This document shows, in pieces, positions 26,495-38,768 of a stretch of 64,000 nt of DNA. A program made the position numbers and the translations under genes. Source of the DNA: Macrostomum hystrix (Eukaryota; Animalia; Platyhelminthes); NCBI GenBank assembly GCA_950097015.1, contig CATNEN010000013.1:248001-312000 (forward strand), written 5' to 3'. Position 1 is the first letter of the stretch. Each line of letters starts with the position of its first letter. A model generated the notes under the pieces. It saw only the letters and a list, made by a program, of their open reading frames with translations. It was not told the origin of the DNA and ran no database searches.

Positions 26495-27799
26495 ACCCTC
26501 GGTTAAGCTCGTAGACTCGCTGTACCCCTCCTTGGTGTATTCTAGATGGCAGTCCGTTTCGATTATCAACACTGGGAACGCAATGCATTTCCTAGGGCAA
26601 TCCCCGTTTCATGGTTTTTAGCGCAATCTATCCTGAAGTCCGTCTGTCTGGTTTTCAAATATTGGGCCTATTAACATTTGTTAAGAATTGTCACACCTTT
26701 TTGTGCACTAGAAGCTCCTGCCAGTGGTTGTTTGTTTCTCCCTAGCGCTTGTCATTTTGTTTACTTTGTGTGCGTCTTCAGATTCTGACGAAATCCAATC
26801 AAAACTGTGGCTTTCAGCATTCAACTTTAGCGCAACTGAATTTGTACATCAGTTAGTCAATAAAGCCTTTATTAGTGCATATTTTATTCAAAGAAAACTG
26901 TATTTATTATTCCTCGATGCACTATACTCAAATTAGAATGTCAACAATTCCGATTGCAAAACTACTGGTCGTAACCATGGTAACGCTTGTTTGTTTTAAG
27001 TTCGTTAAAATTGCTTAACAGGCGTCCGTGAGCATTTTATCCTGTCTCTCTTTTTCCCTCTCCTCTTCCCACTCTCTTCTCTCTCCATCTCTCCCCACTG
27101 TCCTCACTCTCTCTCTCTTTTCTCCCTCAGTCCCAGAGTCCGAGAATGTTTCGACATTTTTCATACTTCGCAGAGCGTTTCAAATCTTATTTTTTTACAT
27201 TTCAATTTGTTTAGCGCACTATTTTTTCTATTATTATTACTTTAAGTAGTGTCGAACTCGCCTATTTTTATTGTGTTGTGCCATCTTTATTTAGACACAT
27301 TCTGTGCGTAGCGTGGCTTGGCGTCCGAGCATTTTCGTGTGCTTGTCTTCTTGTGAAGTAAAGCACCAGCCGTTGCAAATTTGTTTACATTGCTTGATCG
27401 AGTGTTGGTGTTTTTTATTCAACGTGCTTCTGTGCTCAAACCGAGGGGTGAAAATAAATTTGAAAATAACTACAATCGACGCCGCCGTTACATTGTGCGA
27501 GTCTGTTGAAGGTTTGTGTTTTTTGTGTATTTTAAACATTGAAAAAGTTTCCATTGATCATTGTCTGTACGTTTCTTTAAAAATAATTTGTTTAAGCAAC
27601 AAAACAGCATTTCACTGATCTAGTGCATGCATTGTAGGAAAATACTTGGCGAGTTCAAAAGTAGTTGCTTTGCTTGAAAATATTTATATAAAGGACTTGG
27701 CTCTGTCGACGGCATAACTAATAATAAACAATAGAAATAACTCATGGGAAAATCTAGTGTTCCATCTAGACAGTTCAGTTATTGATCTGACCGGCTTCG

Positions 27800-28909
27800 C
27801 TATTCGTCCAGTCGGCGTCTGAGCTCCGCCACGCCCATTGTGACCATCTGGCAGAATTCTACAATTTGTCATTCAACAATCGGCTAATGAGAATCTGCAT
27901 ACTTCTGCATTTCCAAACAGGCGCATGCCTGCTACTCACCTGAGTAATCAATCTTGCCGTCCTGATTCTTGTCCACTAGCCGGACCAGCTGGTCGAAGTC
28001 GTCCCGGGCGCTCTCCTCCAGGGCCTGGTTGCCAATGTGAAACAAGGCCCTGTAGAGCTCGTCGTACTCCAGGTAGCCGTTTCCGTTTTTGTCGAACACG
28101 CGGAAACTGTGCATCAGGTCGTCCTGCACCTGGGCCCGCGGCCTGTAGGCGCCTGTCACCAGCCTGACTGCCGCTGAGAATTCTACCTGACTGTCATCGT
28201 CCAGGCCTTGCTCCTCCAACTGCTGCAGCACCGCCTCCTGGCAGTTGCCGTCCTGGCCAAGCGCCTGAACAAACTGGCGCACATCGCGACCTTCAATGTA
28301 GCCCCGCTCTTCGCTGATCAACCGCCAGGCCTCACAGAACTCTGCTCGATCCTCCTCCGGAATGTCCGACTCGGCTAGCACCTCCAAGAATTCCTCTGGC
28401 GCATCCGAGGACGGCTCCGCCTCCTCAGCTGCCTCTTCAGCGGCCTCTTCAGCGGCTTCCTCAGCTGCCGCTGCTTCTTCAGCTGCCTCTTCAGCGGCTT
28501 CCTCAGCGGCCGCCTCAGCTGCCGCTGCCTCTTCAGCTGCCTCTTCAGCGGCCGCCTCAGCTGCCGCTGATTCTTCAGCGGCCTGTTCAGCGGCCGCTTC
28601 AGCTTCCGCTGCTTCTTCAGCTGCTTCTTCAGCGGCCGCTTCAGCTTCCGCTGCTTCTTCAGCTGCCTCTTCAGCGACCGTCTCAGCTTCCGCTACCTCT
28701 TCAGCTGCTTCCACATCCGCCTCATCGGCTGCTTCGCCTTCTACATCATTGACTTCCGGCTCAGCCGCCGCCTCTTCGTCGGCTGGCGCCTGGTCCGCAT
28801 CTGCTTCGGCTCCGGCTTCGACCTCGGCTTCTGCCTCCACCTCGTCCTTCTCGACCTCGGCCACCTCCTCCTGTGTGGCTTCGATGTTCTGGGCGTCGCT
28901 CTCGTCCAT
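27800..28909 (-). CDS. Calmodulin-like EF-hand protein with ~180-aa Glu/Ala-rich N-terminal extension; exons 28909-27940 and 27858-27800 (342 aa)
   Basis: Canonical loops DKNGNGYLEYDE and DKNQDGKIDYS|E. An 81-nt GT-AG phase-1 intron gives EFCQMVTMGVAELRRRLDE*. The two N-lobe loops are degenerate. Confidence 0.88.
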
Positions 28910-29409
28910 GCTGTGCTCGATAGTTGAATTTTCTGGAGCTGGTTGTCAGTTCGTGCTGGCGGTGGTATCTTAGAGTCTTCCTAGCTCGCACTCGGACCAA
29001 CAGCAATAAACCCAGCTTTGCCCTTGCTCCAGCCCAGCACCCTGCGTCTATTAAAATACTATGTGGCCAGCATTGTGTTTTCTTTCGAGTCCGAGACTGC
29101 TGTCCGCTATTTTCGGAGTGAGATAAAATGAGGCGGGGCTGAGAATAAAGGCGACCCGCATTCGCCTCCCTCTGCAAAGGTCTGACAGCCTGACTGTCCG
29201 CACCCCTGTCATTCAGAAGTTTTTCGGCTCGGCTCGCCATAGCTATTGGACCTTCTTCTGAAGGGGGTTTCAAAAAATAAATATGATAATTACCATCTTA
29301 TTTTCTTGGATTGCAGCAATTCAAAGTGTTGTTTGGAAATTTTCTTGGCCTAATTAAGTCAGGTGTCCGCAGCCTTATACTTCGCGGGCCTCCTGTACTT
29401 ACTCGTATA

Positions 29410-29600
29410 ATGAGACATGGGAGACATGAGACACAGGAGAGATGATATATTGTAGAGATTAGACATGGTAGAGATTAGATATGGGAGAGATGAAACACAG
29501 GATAAGATAGACGTAACACAGATAAGACACGGAGGGTGTTAATACAGGGGAGAGATATGAGACATGGGAGAGATACGTCTGGGAAGCTGAGACAAGTGCA
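29410..29600. repeat. Short degenerate copy of the GAGAGATGAGACA satellite
   Basis: Same motif as 19060-21050, more diverged. Confidence 0.65.
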
Positions 29601-31040
29601 ATTAGCGCTTCTAAATAAAGTCGTAATGGTGAAATTTTCTACCCTTCAGTATTGGTATAAATATTTTAAGTTTGGTTAAAATTAATCATTAATGCGTAAA
29701 ATAATGGGCCAGTCGTGAACTTTGAAAAATGAGCCATGTTAACTTACCCACCCTCGATGTTGTTGTTGTTAATATTTTAGCCAGGGGCAAAATTTTTGCC
29801 TGTCATTTTTTGCATAAAATAATTACAAGTATAATACACAATCTCGCTTATCGCGAAGGCTAATTCCTTCGGTTGCTAACCAACACTCGGTCAGTGGCGC
29901 CCACATTGTTCTATGAATTTTCTATGGCTTTTGTTCACTGTGCTTGAAGACTGAGGAAATTTTGTACAGTTTCCAGCCTAAATCTACAGACGCTGTTGTT
30001 CTTCTGCTCTCGTCTGGACAGCCTGAGCTCTCAGTATTTCTTCTGGGCCGACAAGTGGAGACTCACTCGCGGGGACGCATTGTGGCATTCACTTGTTGAA
30101 AGTCTTTCCTTCTCTCCATCTCGTTAATTTTCTCTCTAACCCCTCACTAAAAGCATATGGCATTTTTTATCTAACCTGAACGCGAATTCCGAATATTGCA
30201 ATTCTGTAAAACAGTGCAACAAGTGGCTGCTAGAAACTATGGCCACTTAGAATGGCACGATGGAATATAAAGAGAGCGGAGTATGCAGCTGCTAAATAAA
30301 ACGAAGCGTAAATTACAGCTTTAAGTAGTTGTCATCTCAGGTTTGTAACCCGTGACGACCGAGCCTCGCTTTGCGCGAGAAGAAAATGTGCGAACATGGG
30401 TGCTGCACTAGTTTTTATTTCTAGAGCACCTGAGATCGCTTTTAATTCGCGCTTTTCTTGGTTTCTGTTAGGCTTACGGTCACCTGAACGTTTATTTCGC
30501 TCATAGCTTCTGGACTCAGAGACAATCAAACATTGATGCTAATTTAGATCGGTCATCTCGCTCGTTACTCATGCATGATCATTCAAATCAGAACATGACT
30601 ATCGGGTCTATATTATATTAAAGTATTTGAGTCACTTTGTGCAGTTTCATATCGTGATTTAAATACAATGTACAAAAATCAAATGAATGTCCGGTGTAAA
30701 GTACGCAAAACAAATGATTATGATTGATTTGGATAGTTAACAATCATTATGAGTGTATATTATGAACAAAAAGTTGTATTTTGTCATTTTAAGTAAGATA
30801 ACTTAGGTATCTTGTCTATTATGTACGTCCAATCGCTCGGTATTTAATAAACGGCATGGTTTTGATTTCCGATTCGTGGAGCATTTAAATTATACAACCA
30901 TACAACTAGTAGACTTGACTAGTTCGATGTTTCGGGGCACGTGTAGTTCCGTGGTAGCTTGGATTTATATATAGTTTTAAGCTATTTTACTACAGAAAAA
31001 AACTTTACGTATACACCTTTCTTGTAATTTTAATGCTATT

Positions 31041-34000
31041 ATGACCACTGTGAGGCGCGATAATGGAGTTACGGAACAAGATGCACAAAGTATTGTATAT
31101 GAGTTTTGTCATTTGCTTGAAAAATCAAAACAGTTATTTAACGGACTTCGGTGAGTTTGTTTCTGTTGTATTCTCTGTTAACTTTAATGCTCTTGTTGTA
31201 TGCTCTTGTAAATCGATTTTTAAATCTCACTTTCTTTTATGATTGACAGTGTAAAATTTAAATAGGTGAAAATGCTGTTTAGGATACTAAAAATAGGCAA
31301 TGCTTTTTATCTACCGAATTTCATAAAATTATTTTTTGCATAGAATTTTGTTTAGAATAAATAAATCGCTAAAAGTATAAATTGTGTAGTCAATTTTAGT
31401 CAAATTGCTTTCCCTGCTCCTGGATCCCATTAAGATTGAGATCTATCTCAATGAGACCTATGAACTATGCAAGTCATTTAATTTCAAAATTTTCTAGCCC
31501 TACCGTAATGTAGACGTATGAACTATAAAAAAATACTTTTTAAAGCCAAAAAAGCTTTATTGTACTTATTGAGAATGTTTGGTAACAACATTTAATTGTA
31601 CTAAATGTAAGATTTCATATTAATTTGTTTTTTTATTCTATAGGCCTACTTACAATGTTTTATCAAATATCCCAATGCTCTCAAGAAACAATTTAAAATG
31701 CAGCTCATAAAACTATTCTACTTTACTAGATTATTTCTGATTTACCTTTTAGCTTTTAAGTAAATCAGAAATTTTAAATATGAGCATACCAGTTTTTGTA
31801 TTTATGATCATATGATTAGACACTGATAAATGTATAACAAAGCAGTTTATAAAGATTTTTTGTAAAAGCATTTGCTTTTGACATGGGCTACTATGATTTC
31901 TAAGCATTTTAATATGAAATGTAACACTGGCTAAGAAATTTGGAATTTATAAAAATAAAACTGTTAATCCTTGTTTCTTACTCACATGTGTGTAGTTCAT
32001 ATTTGAGATTAAAATTTGAGATGAAATTTGGTCTCCGCTTCATTGTGCAGCGACCTGCCGCAGTATGGCCACAAGCAGTGGCAGTCATATTTCGGTCGCG
32101 CTTTCGATGTCTACACAAAGCTTTGGAAGTTCCAGCAGCAGCACAGAGAGCTACTTGATGGCACCTACGGCTTGAAACGGTGGCAGATTGGGGAGATCGC
32201 CTCCAAGATTGGCCAGCTCTATTATCACTATTACCTGCGCACGAGCGAGACCAACTATTTAAACGAGTCGTTCGCCTTCTATTCAGCGATTCGAATGCGA
32301 GCCTACTATTCCAAAGCTAACAAGGACGAGAGGTAAGTTTAGTGTCCTTTAGCATTCTCCTCCGGTAAGCAAAACATCTATCACTGTCTACTAGCGAACT
32401 TTAGTTTCACCCACCCAACAGGCTAAGCAATACCCCACCCAGCAAGCTTTCCAGCAATACCCACCCAGCAAGCTTCCAGCAATACCCCACCCAGCAAGCT
32501 TTCCAGCAATACCCCACCCAGCAAGCTTTCCAGCAATACCCCACCCAGCAAGCTTCCAGCAATACCCCACCCAGCAAGCTTCCAGCAATATCCCACCCAG
32601 CAAGCTTCCAGCAATACCCCACCCAGCAAGCTTTCCAGCAATATCTCACCCAGCAAGCTACCAGCCTATCCCATCCAGCAAGCTACCAGCCTATCCCATC
32701 CAGCAAGCTACCAGCCTATCCCATCCAGCAAGCTACCAGCCTATCCCATCCAGCAAGCTACCAGCCTATCCCATCTAGCAAGCTACAGCCTATCCCATCC
32801 AGCAAGCTACCAGCCTATCCCATCCAGCAGCCGATACGCTAGCACTCGCCCACTTTATCCACAGGCCAGACCTGATGGTGAAGAAGCTGCGCTACTACGC
32901 CAGGTTTGTGATTGTCTGCCTGCTACTGAAAAAGATGAAGCTGGTCCGCGACCTGATCCGCGAGCTTGCAAAGCTGATCGAGGACTACTCCAGCATCTAC
33001 CAGCCCGCCGACGCAATGGAATGGTCCCTGGTGCTTCAGGAGATTAAAGCATTTATTGATGCGGACGCCGCTGTGAAAGTAGTTGAGCACGACTCAACGC
33101 CGGTTGTGCTCACCCAAAGGCTAAGCCCGGCCACCTGTCCGCCAATGGAGCGCAGCCTGTCCGGAGCCAGCCCGTTACACTTGGCCGAGATACTCATTGT
33201 TGGCAACTGCGCTGATCAGGTGCGATTTTAAGCATAAAGGATTGTTATTGGGATCAAGGATTGAGTAGGCTGTCAGTTATGGGATCAAGGATTGAGTAGG
33301 CTGTCAGTTATTGAAATCAAGGATTGAGTAGGCTGTCAGTGATGGGACCAAGGATTGAGTAGGCTGTCAGTTATTGAAATCAAGGATTGAGTAGGCTGTC
33401 AGTGATGGGACCAAGGATTGAGTAGGCTGTCATTTATGGGATCAAGGATTGAGTAGGCTGTCAGTTATGGGATCAAGGATTGAGTAGGCTGTCATTTATG
33501 GGATCAAGGATTGAGTAGGCTGTCATTTATGGGATCAAGGATTGAGTAGGCTGTCAGTTATGGGATCCAAGCCCTGAAGTCCGCCGCAATTGCATGCCTG
33601 CAGGTGAAGTTCAGCGAGCTGACCTTGGACATGTTCCGGATGCTGCAAACCCTCGAGCTGGAGCCGCAGGAGCTGCCTACTGGCTTCGGCTTCGGCCTGA
33701 GCGGCATCGGCGGCAGCATCGCCGGCTCGATTTCCTGCGATGCCAGTCCCGTTAGTCGGCGGCCTCTGCAACCGCCGCTGCCGCAGCTGCATCAGCACCA
33801 GGCTATGGAGAACGGCTCCAGACGGGACAATCCGCACAAGTACCTGTTGTACAAGCCCAGCACGGCACAGCTAATCATGTTCCTAGCCTCCAGCTTCAAG
33901 GAGTTGCCAACTGACGGCGCCTTGCTGCTCTACATCAGCGCCGACGGCGACCGGGGCCAGCCGAGTCAGAACGGCTTCGATCGTGAGATGAATGCTGACG

Positions 34001-37000
34001 CAATAATTTTTTATTCCGCTCCATGATTTTTCATGTAGCCTTTGTTTCTATTTTCGGACGAATTAACAGAGGGCTACGAAGAAGGCGGCGTTGTCACGAA
34101 CAGTCGCCGGGAAGCGGAGGCTGGTGGCAGGATGAAAAGGCCGCTGACAGCTGGACTGAAAAGTGCGCACTGGTGAGTTTAGATTAAACGCAACTGGCCT
34201 TTTCTGCAAAAAGGTACGTAATTGGGGTAATGGAGGGTGGGGTAAAGGACCTAAGATAAAACACGGGGTTGGTGGAGTGGGCTGGGTAAAAGACCCTAGA
34301 TAAAACACAGAGTTGGTGGAGTGGGCTGGGTAAAAGACCCTAGATAAAACACAGAGTTGGTGGAGTGGGCTGGGTATAAGACCCTAGATAAAACACGGGG
34401 TTGGTGGAGTGGGCTGGGTATAAGACCCTAGATAAAACACGGGGTTGGTGGAGTGGGCTGGGTAAAAGACCCTAGATAAAACACGGAGTTGGTGGAGTGG
34501 GCTGGGTAAAAGACCCTAGATAAAACACAGAGTTGGTGGAGTGGGCTGGGTAAAAGACCCTAGATAAAACACAGAGTTGGTGGAGTGGGCTGGGTATAAG
34601 ACCCTAGATAAAACACAGAGTTGGTGGAGTGGGCTGGGTATAAGACCCTAGATAAAACACGGGGTTGGTGGAGTGGGCTGGGTAAAAGACCCTAGATAAA
34701 ACACGGGATTGGTGGAGTGGGCTGGGTAAAAGACCCTAGATAAAATACAGAGTTGGTGGAGTGTGCTGGGTATAAGACCCTAGATAAAACACGGGGTTGG
34801 TGGAGTGGGCTGGGTATAAGACCCTAGATAAAACACGGGGTTGGTGGAGTGGGCTGGGTATAAGACCCTAGATAAAACACGGGGTTGGTGGAGTGGGCTG
34901 GGTATAAGACCCTAGATAAAACACGGGGTTGGTGGAGTGGGCTGGGTAAAAGACCCTAGATAAAACAAGGGGTTGGTGGGGTGGGCTGGGTAAAAGACCC
35001 TAGATAAAACACGGGGTTGTTAGAGTGGGCTGGGTAAAAGACCCTAGATAAAATACGGTATTGGTGGAGTGGGCTGGGTAAAAGACCCTAGATAAAATAC
35101 GGTATTGGTGGAGTGGGCTGGGTAAAAGACCCTAGATAAAACACGGTATTGGTGGAGTGGGCTGGGTAAAAGACCCTAGATAAAACAAGGGGTTGGTGGA
35201 GTGGGCTGGGTAAAAGACCCTAGATAAAGCACAGGGTTGGTGGAATGGGGCGAAGGCTATTTTAGTTCAGTGCTAGGGCTGAATCGTAAAAGTACATTTC
35301 GATAGCTTCATGGGTGTTGCATCTGATAAGAAATTAAGATGTGTATCTGTTGCTAAGCAAAGCCATTAGATTCAGTCTTGTATCACTTAGAAAAAGATCC
35401 CATGCGTACTTTCCTACAGAAGAATAAATGTTCTAGCCTTCATCAATGCCATTTGGCCCAGTTTGTTACAGCTGCCAAAAAACTGCTCTATCTTTAGAAA
35501 TCTACATCTTTCATCAATTTTTCCTTTTCCTCCAAAAAGCTCTCTTGCGGCCTGCGTCAAACTCTATCCATCTCCCGATACGCACAACCTTCAACCCCCT
35601 ATCGGAGTCACTCAGCCGGTCTGGAGAATGGCATCAAATATAAATGAACTGTGAGAGCAGAGTGGCCAACACTGCGTCATAGCCTAGATAAAAAGGCCAC
35701 GTTAAACACTTCCTCGCCTCTCTATCTACTCGCCCGTGTTTTTCCTTCAAACAGAAAAAAATCGATTTTTTGTATTTTATTCACAGAGTGAAGGTGGGAA
35801 AGGCCGTCATATTTTATACAAAGAAAACACACAATAAAGCTATAACATGTACTTAATGATCTTTAAGGGAAGCAGCTGATGCACTGAAGGAACAGGGGAA
35901 TCAAGGGAAGCAGCTGATGCACTGAAGGAACAGGGGAATCAAGGGAATCAGCTGATGCACTGAAGGAACAGGGGAATCAAGGGAAGCAGCTGATGCACTG
36001 AAGGAACAGGGGAATCAAGGGAAGCAGCTGATGCACTGAAGGAACAGGGGAATCAAGGGAAGCAGCTGATGCACTGAAGGAACAGGGGAATCAAGGGAAG
36101 CAGCTGATGCACTGAAGGAACAGGGGAATCAAGGGAAGCAGCTGATGCACTGAAGGAACAGAAGAATCAAGGGAAGCAGCTGATGCACTGAAGGAACAGG
36201 GGAATCAAGGGAATCAGCTGATGCACTGAAGGAACAGGGGAATCAAGGGAAGCAGCTGATGCACTGAAGGAACAGGGGAATCAAGGGAATCAGCTGATGC
36301 ACTGAAGGAACAGGGGAATCAAGGGAAGCAGCTGATGCACTGAAGGAACAGGGGAATCAAGGGAAGCAGCTGATGCACTGAAGGAACAGGGGAATCAAGG
36401 GAAGCAGCTGATGCACTGAAGGAACAGGGGAATCAAGGGAAGCAGCTGATGCACTGAAGGAACAGGGGAATCAAGGGAAGCAGCTGATGCACTGAAGGAA
36501 CAGGGGAATCAAGGGAAGCAGCTGATGCACTGAAGGAACAGGGGAATCAAGGTTGTGAGCAGGTGAAAATGTCCCATCATGAAAATGTTCCAGCATCTAC
36601 CCTGGCGACATCTATGCGTTTACAAGGAAGCCTCTGTTTCTGATTGTTGATTCGGATAATAGCACCGCGTTCAAGGTGAGCCGATTGACAACCTGTAGTC
36701 TATCTTACAACAATATTCAATAACGCTGCATGAGCACTGGACATCCAATATCGATTGCGCAATGCAGAATTTCCCGAGTCTGTTTGGCCAGCCTCTGGTC
36801 TGCCTGATGTCACCGGAAGAGGCACCTGCTAGTTTGGCGGGTGAGCGGGTGTCATTTCGGATCCCAATCTGTCATTTCGGATCCCAATCTGTCATTTCGG
36901 ATCCCAATCTGTCATTTCGGATCCCAATCTGTCATTTCGGATCCCAATCTGTCATTTCGGATCTCAATCTGTCATTTCGGATCCCAATCTGTCATTTCGG

Positions 37001-38394
37001 ATCCCAATCTGTCATTTCGGATCCCAATCTGTCATTTCGGATCCCAATCTGTCATTTCGGATCCCAATCTGTCATTTCGGATCCCAATCTGTCATTTCGG
37101 ATCCCAATCTGTCATTTCGGATCCCAATCTGTCATTTCGGATCCCAATCTGTCATTTCGGATCCCAATCTGTCATTTCGGATCTCAATCTGTCATTTCGG
37201 ATCCCAATCTGTCATTTCGGATCCCAATCTGTCATTTCGGATCCCAATCTGTCATTTCGGATCCCAATCTGTCATTTCGGATCCCAATCTGTCATTTCGG
37301 ATCCCAATCTGTCATTTCGGATCCCAATCTGTCATTTCGGATCCCAATCTGTCATTTCGGATCCCAATCTGTCATTTCGGATCCCAATCTGTCATTTCGG
37401 ATCCCAATCTGTCATTTCGGATCCCAATCTGTCATTTCGGATCCCAATCTGTCATTTTGGATCGCATTTGTCGATCCGCAGTCTAGACAAACTATTACAT
37501 GCATCCAAGCAATTTTCTCTGTCAGATCAGCGTCACAAGGGCAGCCTTTTCACCCTGTTCCTGCACTCGCCATTGACCGCCTTCTGTGCCGTTTGCAACG
37601 TCTCCACCGTGGTGCTGATGGACTGGGACCGGGCCCAGCTCATTGTGGACAAGTTCCTGGTGGAGGCTGGCAGGCAACTCGCCCGCTTTAGGCAAATCGG
37701 TGAGTCAATGTCAATGCTGACATTGCTGACATCAGTCAATACTGATTGAGTGATGAGTCAGAGTTGACTCACTGCTGATTGAGTGATGGGTCAGAGCTGA
37801 CTCACTGCTGATTGAGTGATGGGTCAGAGCTGACTCACTGCTGATTGAGTGATGGGTCAGAGCTGACTCACTGCTGATTGAGTGATGGGTCAGAGCTGAC
37901 TCACTGCTGATTGAGTGATGGGTCAGAGCTGACTCACTGCTGATTGAGTGATGGGTCAGAGCTGACTCACTGCTGATTGAGTGATGGGTCAGAGCTGACT
38001 CACTGCTGATTGAGTGATGGGTCAGAGCTGACTCACTGCTGATTGAGTGATGGGTCAGAGCTGACTCACTGCTGTTGGATTTGCTATTTAAAAATGATTC
38101 CAGCCTTCGTTTCGAATCACAACCGCCCACTTTACAGACGCAGCCTACCTGCAGTTCTACCAGGATGACTTCCTTCGGCTTCTGCTCCTGCGCTATCTGT
38201 TCTGCTCGGCGGCGCTGCGCCTTCACCGGGCCTTCCGCGGGCCCAGGTTCTACCCAACCTGCCGACCGGCCCTGCCGGAGCAGGAGCTGGCGGACTGCGC
38301 CCCGCTGCAGAAGCTGCTGCTGGACCTGGCCGCTGTGTTCGACGCCAGGCCGCTGTTCGGACATGCCGGTGAGCCGTTCGCTCTCATTAGCTGA
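31041..38394 (+). CDS. SCAI: SCAI (suppressor of cancer cell invasion) homolog; exons 31041-31150, 32051-32332, 32865-33219, 33604-33982, 34070-34172, 36594-36675, 36768-36840, 37526-37699, 38138-38394
   Basis: EFCHLLEKSKQLFNGLRDLPQYG, LKRWQIGEIASKIGQLYYHYYLRTSET, KKLRYYARF, VKFSELTLDMFRMLQ, NPHKYLLYKP, FTRKPLFLIVDSDNS, LFGQPLVCLMSP and GSLFTLFL. Exon phases are mutually consistent. The stop in the last exon is less certain (possible donor at 38369). Confidence 0.93.
32410..32830. repeat. Two related arrays (26/27-bp CAGCAATACCCCACCCAGCAAGCTTC and 25-bp CAGCAAGCTACCAGCCTATCCCATC) in SCAI intron 2
   Basis: Read directly. Confidence 0.93.
33245..33565. repeat. 31/32-bp array (GGGATCAAGGATTGAGTAGGCTGTCAGTTAT) in SCAI intron 3
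   Basis: Read directly. Confidence 0.94.
34250..35245. repeat. 44-bp G-rich array (GGGTTGGTGGAGTGGGCTGGGTAAAAGACCCTAGATAAAACACG) x~22 in SCAI intron 5
   Basis: Read directly. Confidence 0.96.
35865..36552. repeat. 38-bp array (AAGGGAAGCAGCTGATGCACTGAAGGAACAGGGGAATC) x18 in SCAI intron 5
   Basis: Read directly. Confidence 0.97.
36850..37460. repeat. 20-bp array (GTCATTTCGGATCCCAATCT) x~30 filling SCAI intron 7
   Basis: Read directly. Confidence 0.97.
37740..38072. repeat. 33-bp array (TGCTGATTGAGTGATGGGTCAGAGCTGACTCAC) x~10 in SCAI intron 8
   Basis: Read directly. Confidence 0.96.
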
Positions 38395-38523
38395 TGCTTT
38401 TGAGTAGCGACTGACTGCATTGCTTTTGATTGCTTGCCTGTCTGAGCTGGCGACTAACAGAAGTTTGATTTATCTGTTAATTAATGTGATTTGAGCTAGT
38501 GATTAAGTTGCTAAGGGGCTTAG

Positions 38524-38768
38524 TTTGAACGAGTGACTCCTTTACCAAGAGGTTTCGTTTGAGCTAGGGACTCTGTTGCCAAAGGGTTTTGTTTAAACGA
38601 GTAACTCCGTTGCCAAGGGGTTTTGTTTAAACGACTAACTCCGTTGCTAAGGGATTTTTTTAAACGAGTGACTCCGTGGCTAAGGGTATTCGTTGGCACT
38701 AGTTTTGTGTTGCTAAGGGGTTTTGTTTGAACAAGTGACTTCGAACTCAGGTGAGTCACTCGTTCAAA
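38524..38768. mobile_element. Small element with 16-bp inverted ends, internal ~33-bp degenerate repeats and a terminal hairpin (HINE/Helentron-like or MITE; tentative)
   Basis: TTTGAACGAGTGACTC (38524-39) is the exact reverse complement of GAGTCACTCGTTCAAA (38753-68). The latter also pairs with 38726-38740. Confidence 0.5.

Noticed and set aside
28362-28973. 203-aa Ser/Ala ORF on the plus strand
   Set aside because: Antisense shadow of the Glu/Ala tract of the EF-hand gene.
36762-37749. Two ~300-aa ORFs through the 20-bp array
   Set aside because: The array has no stops in any plus frame. The intron is 685 nt, so retention would frameshift SCAI.
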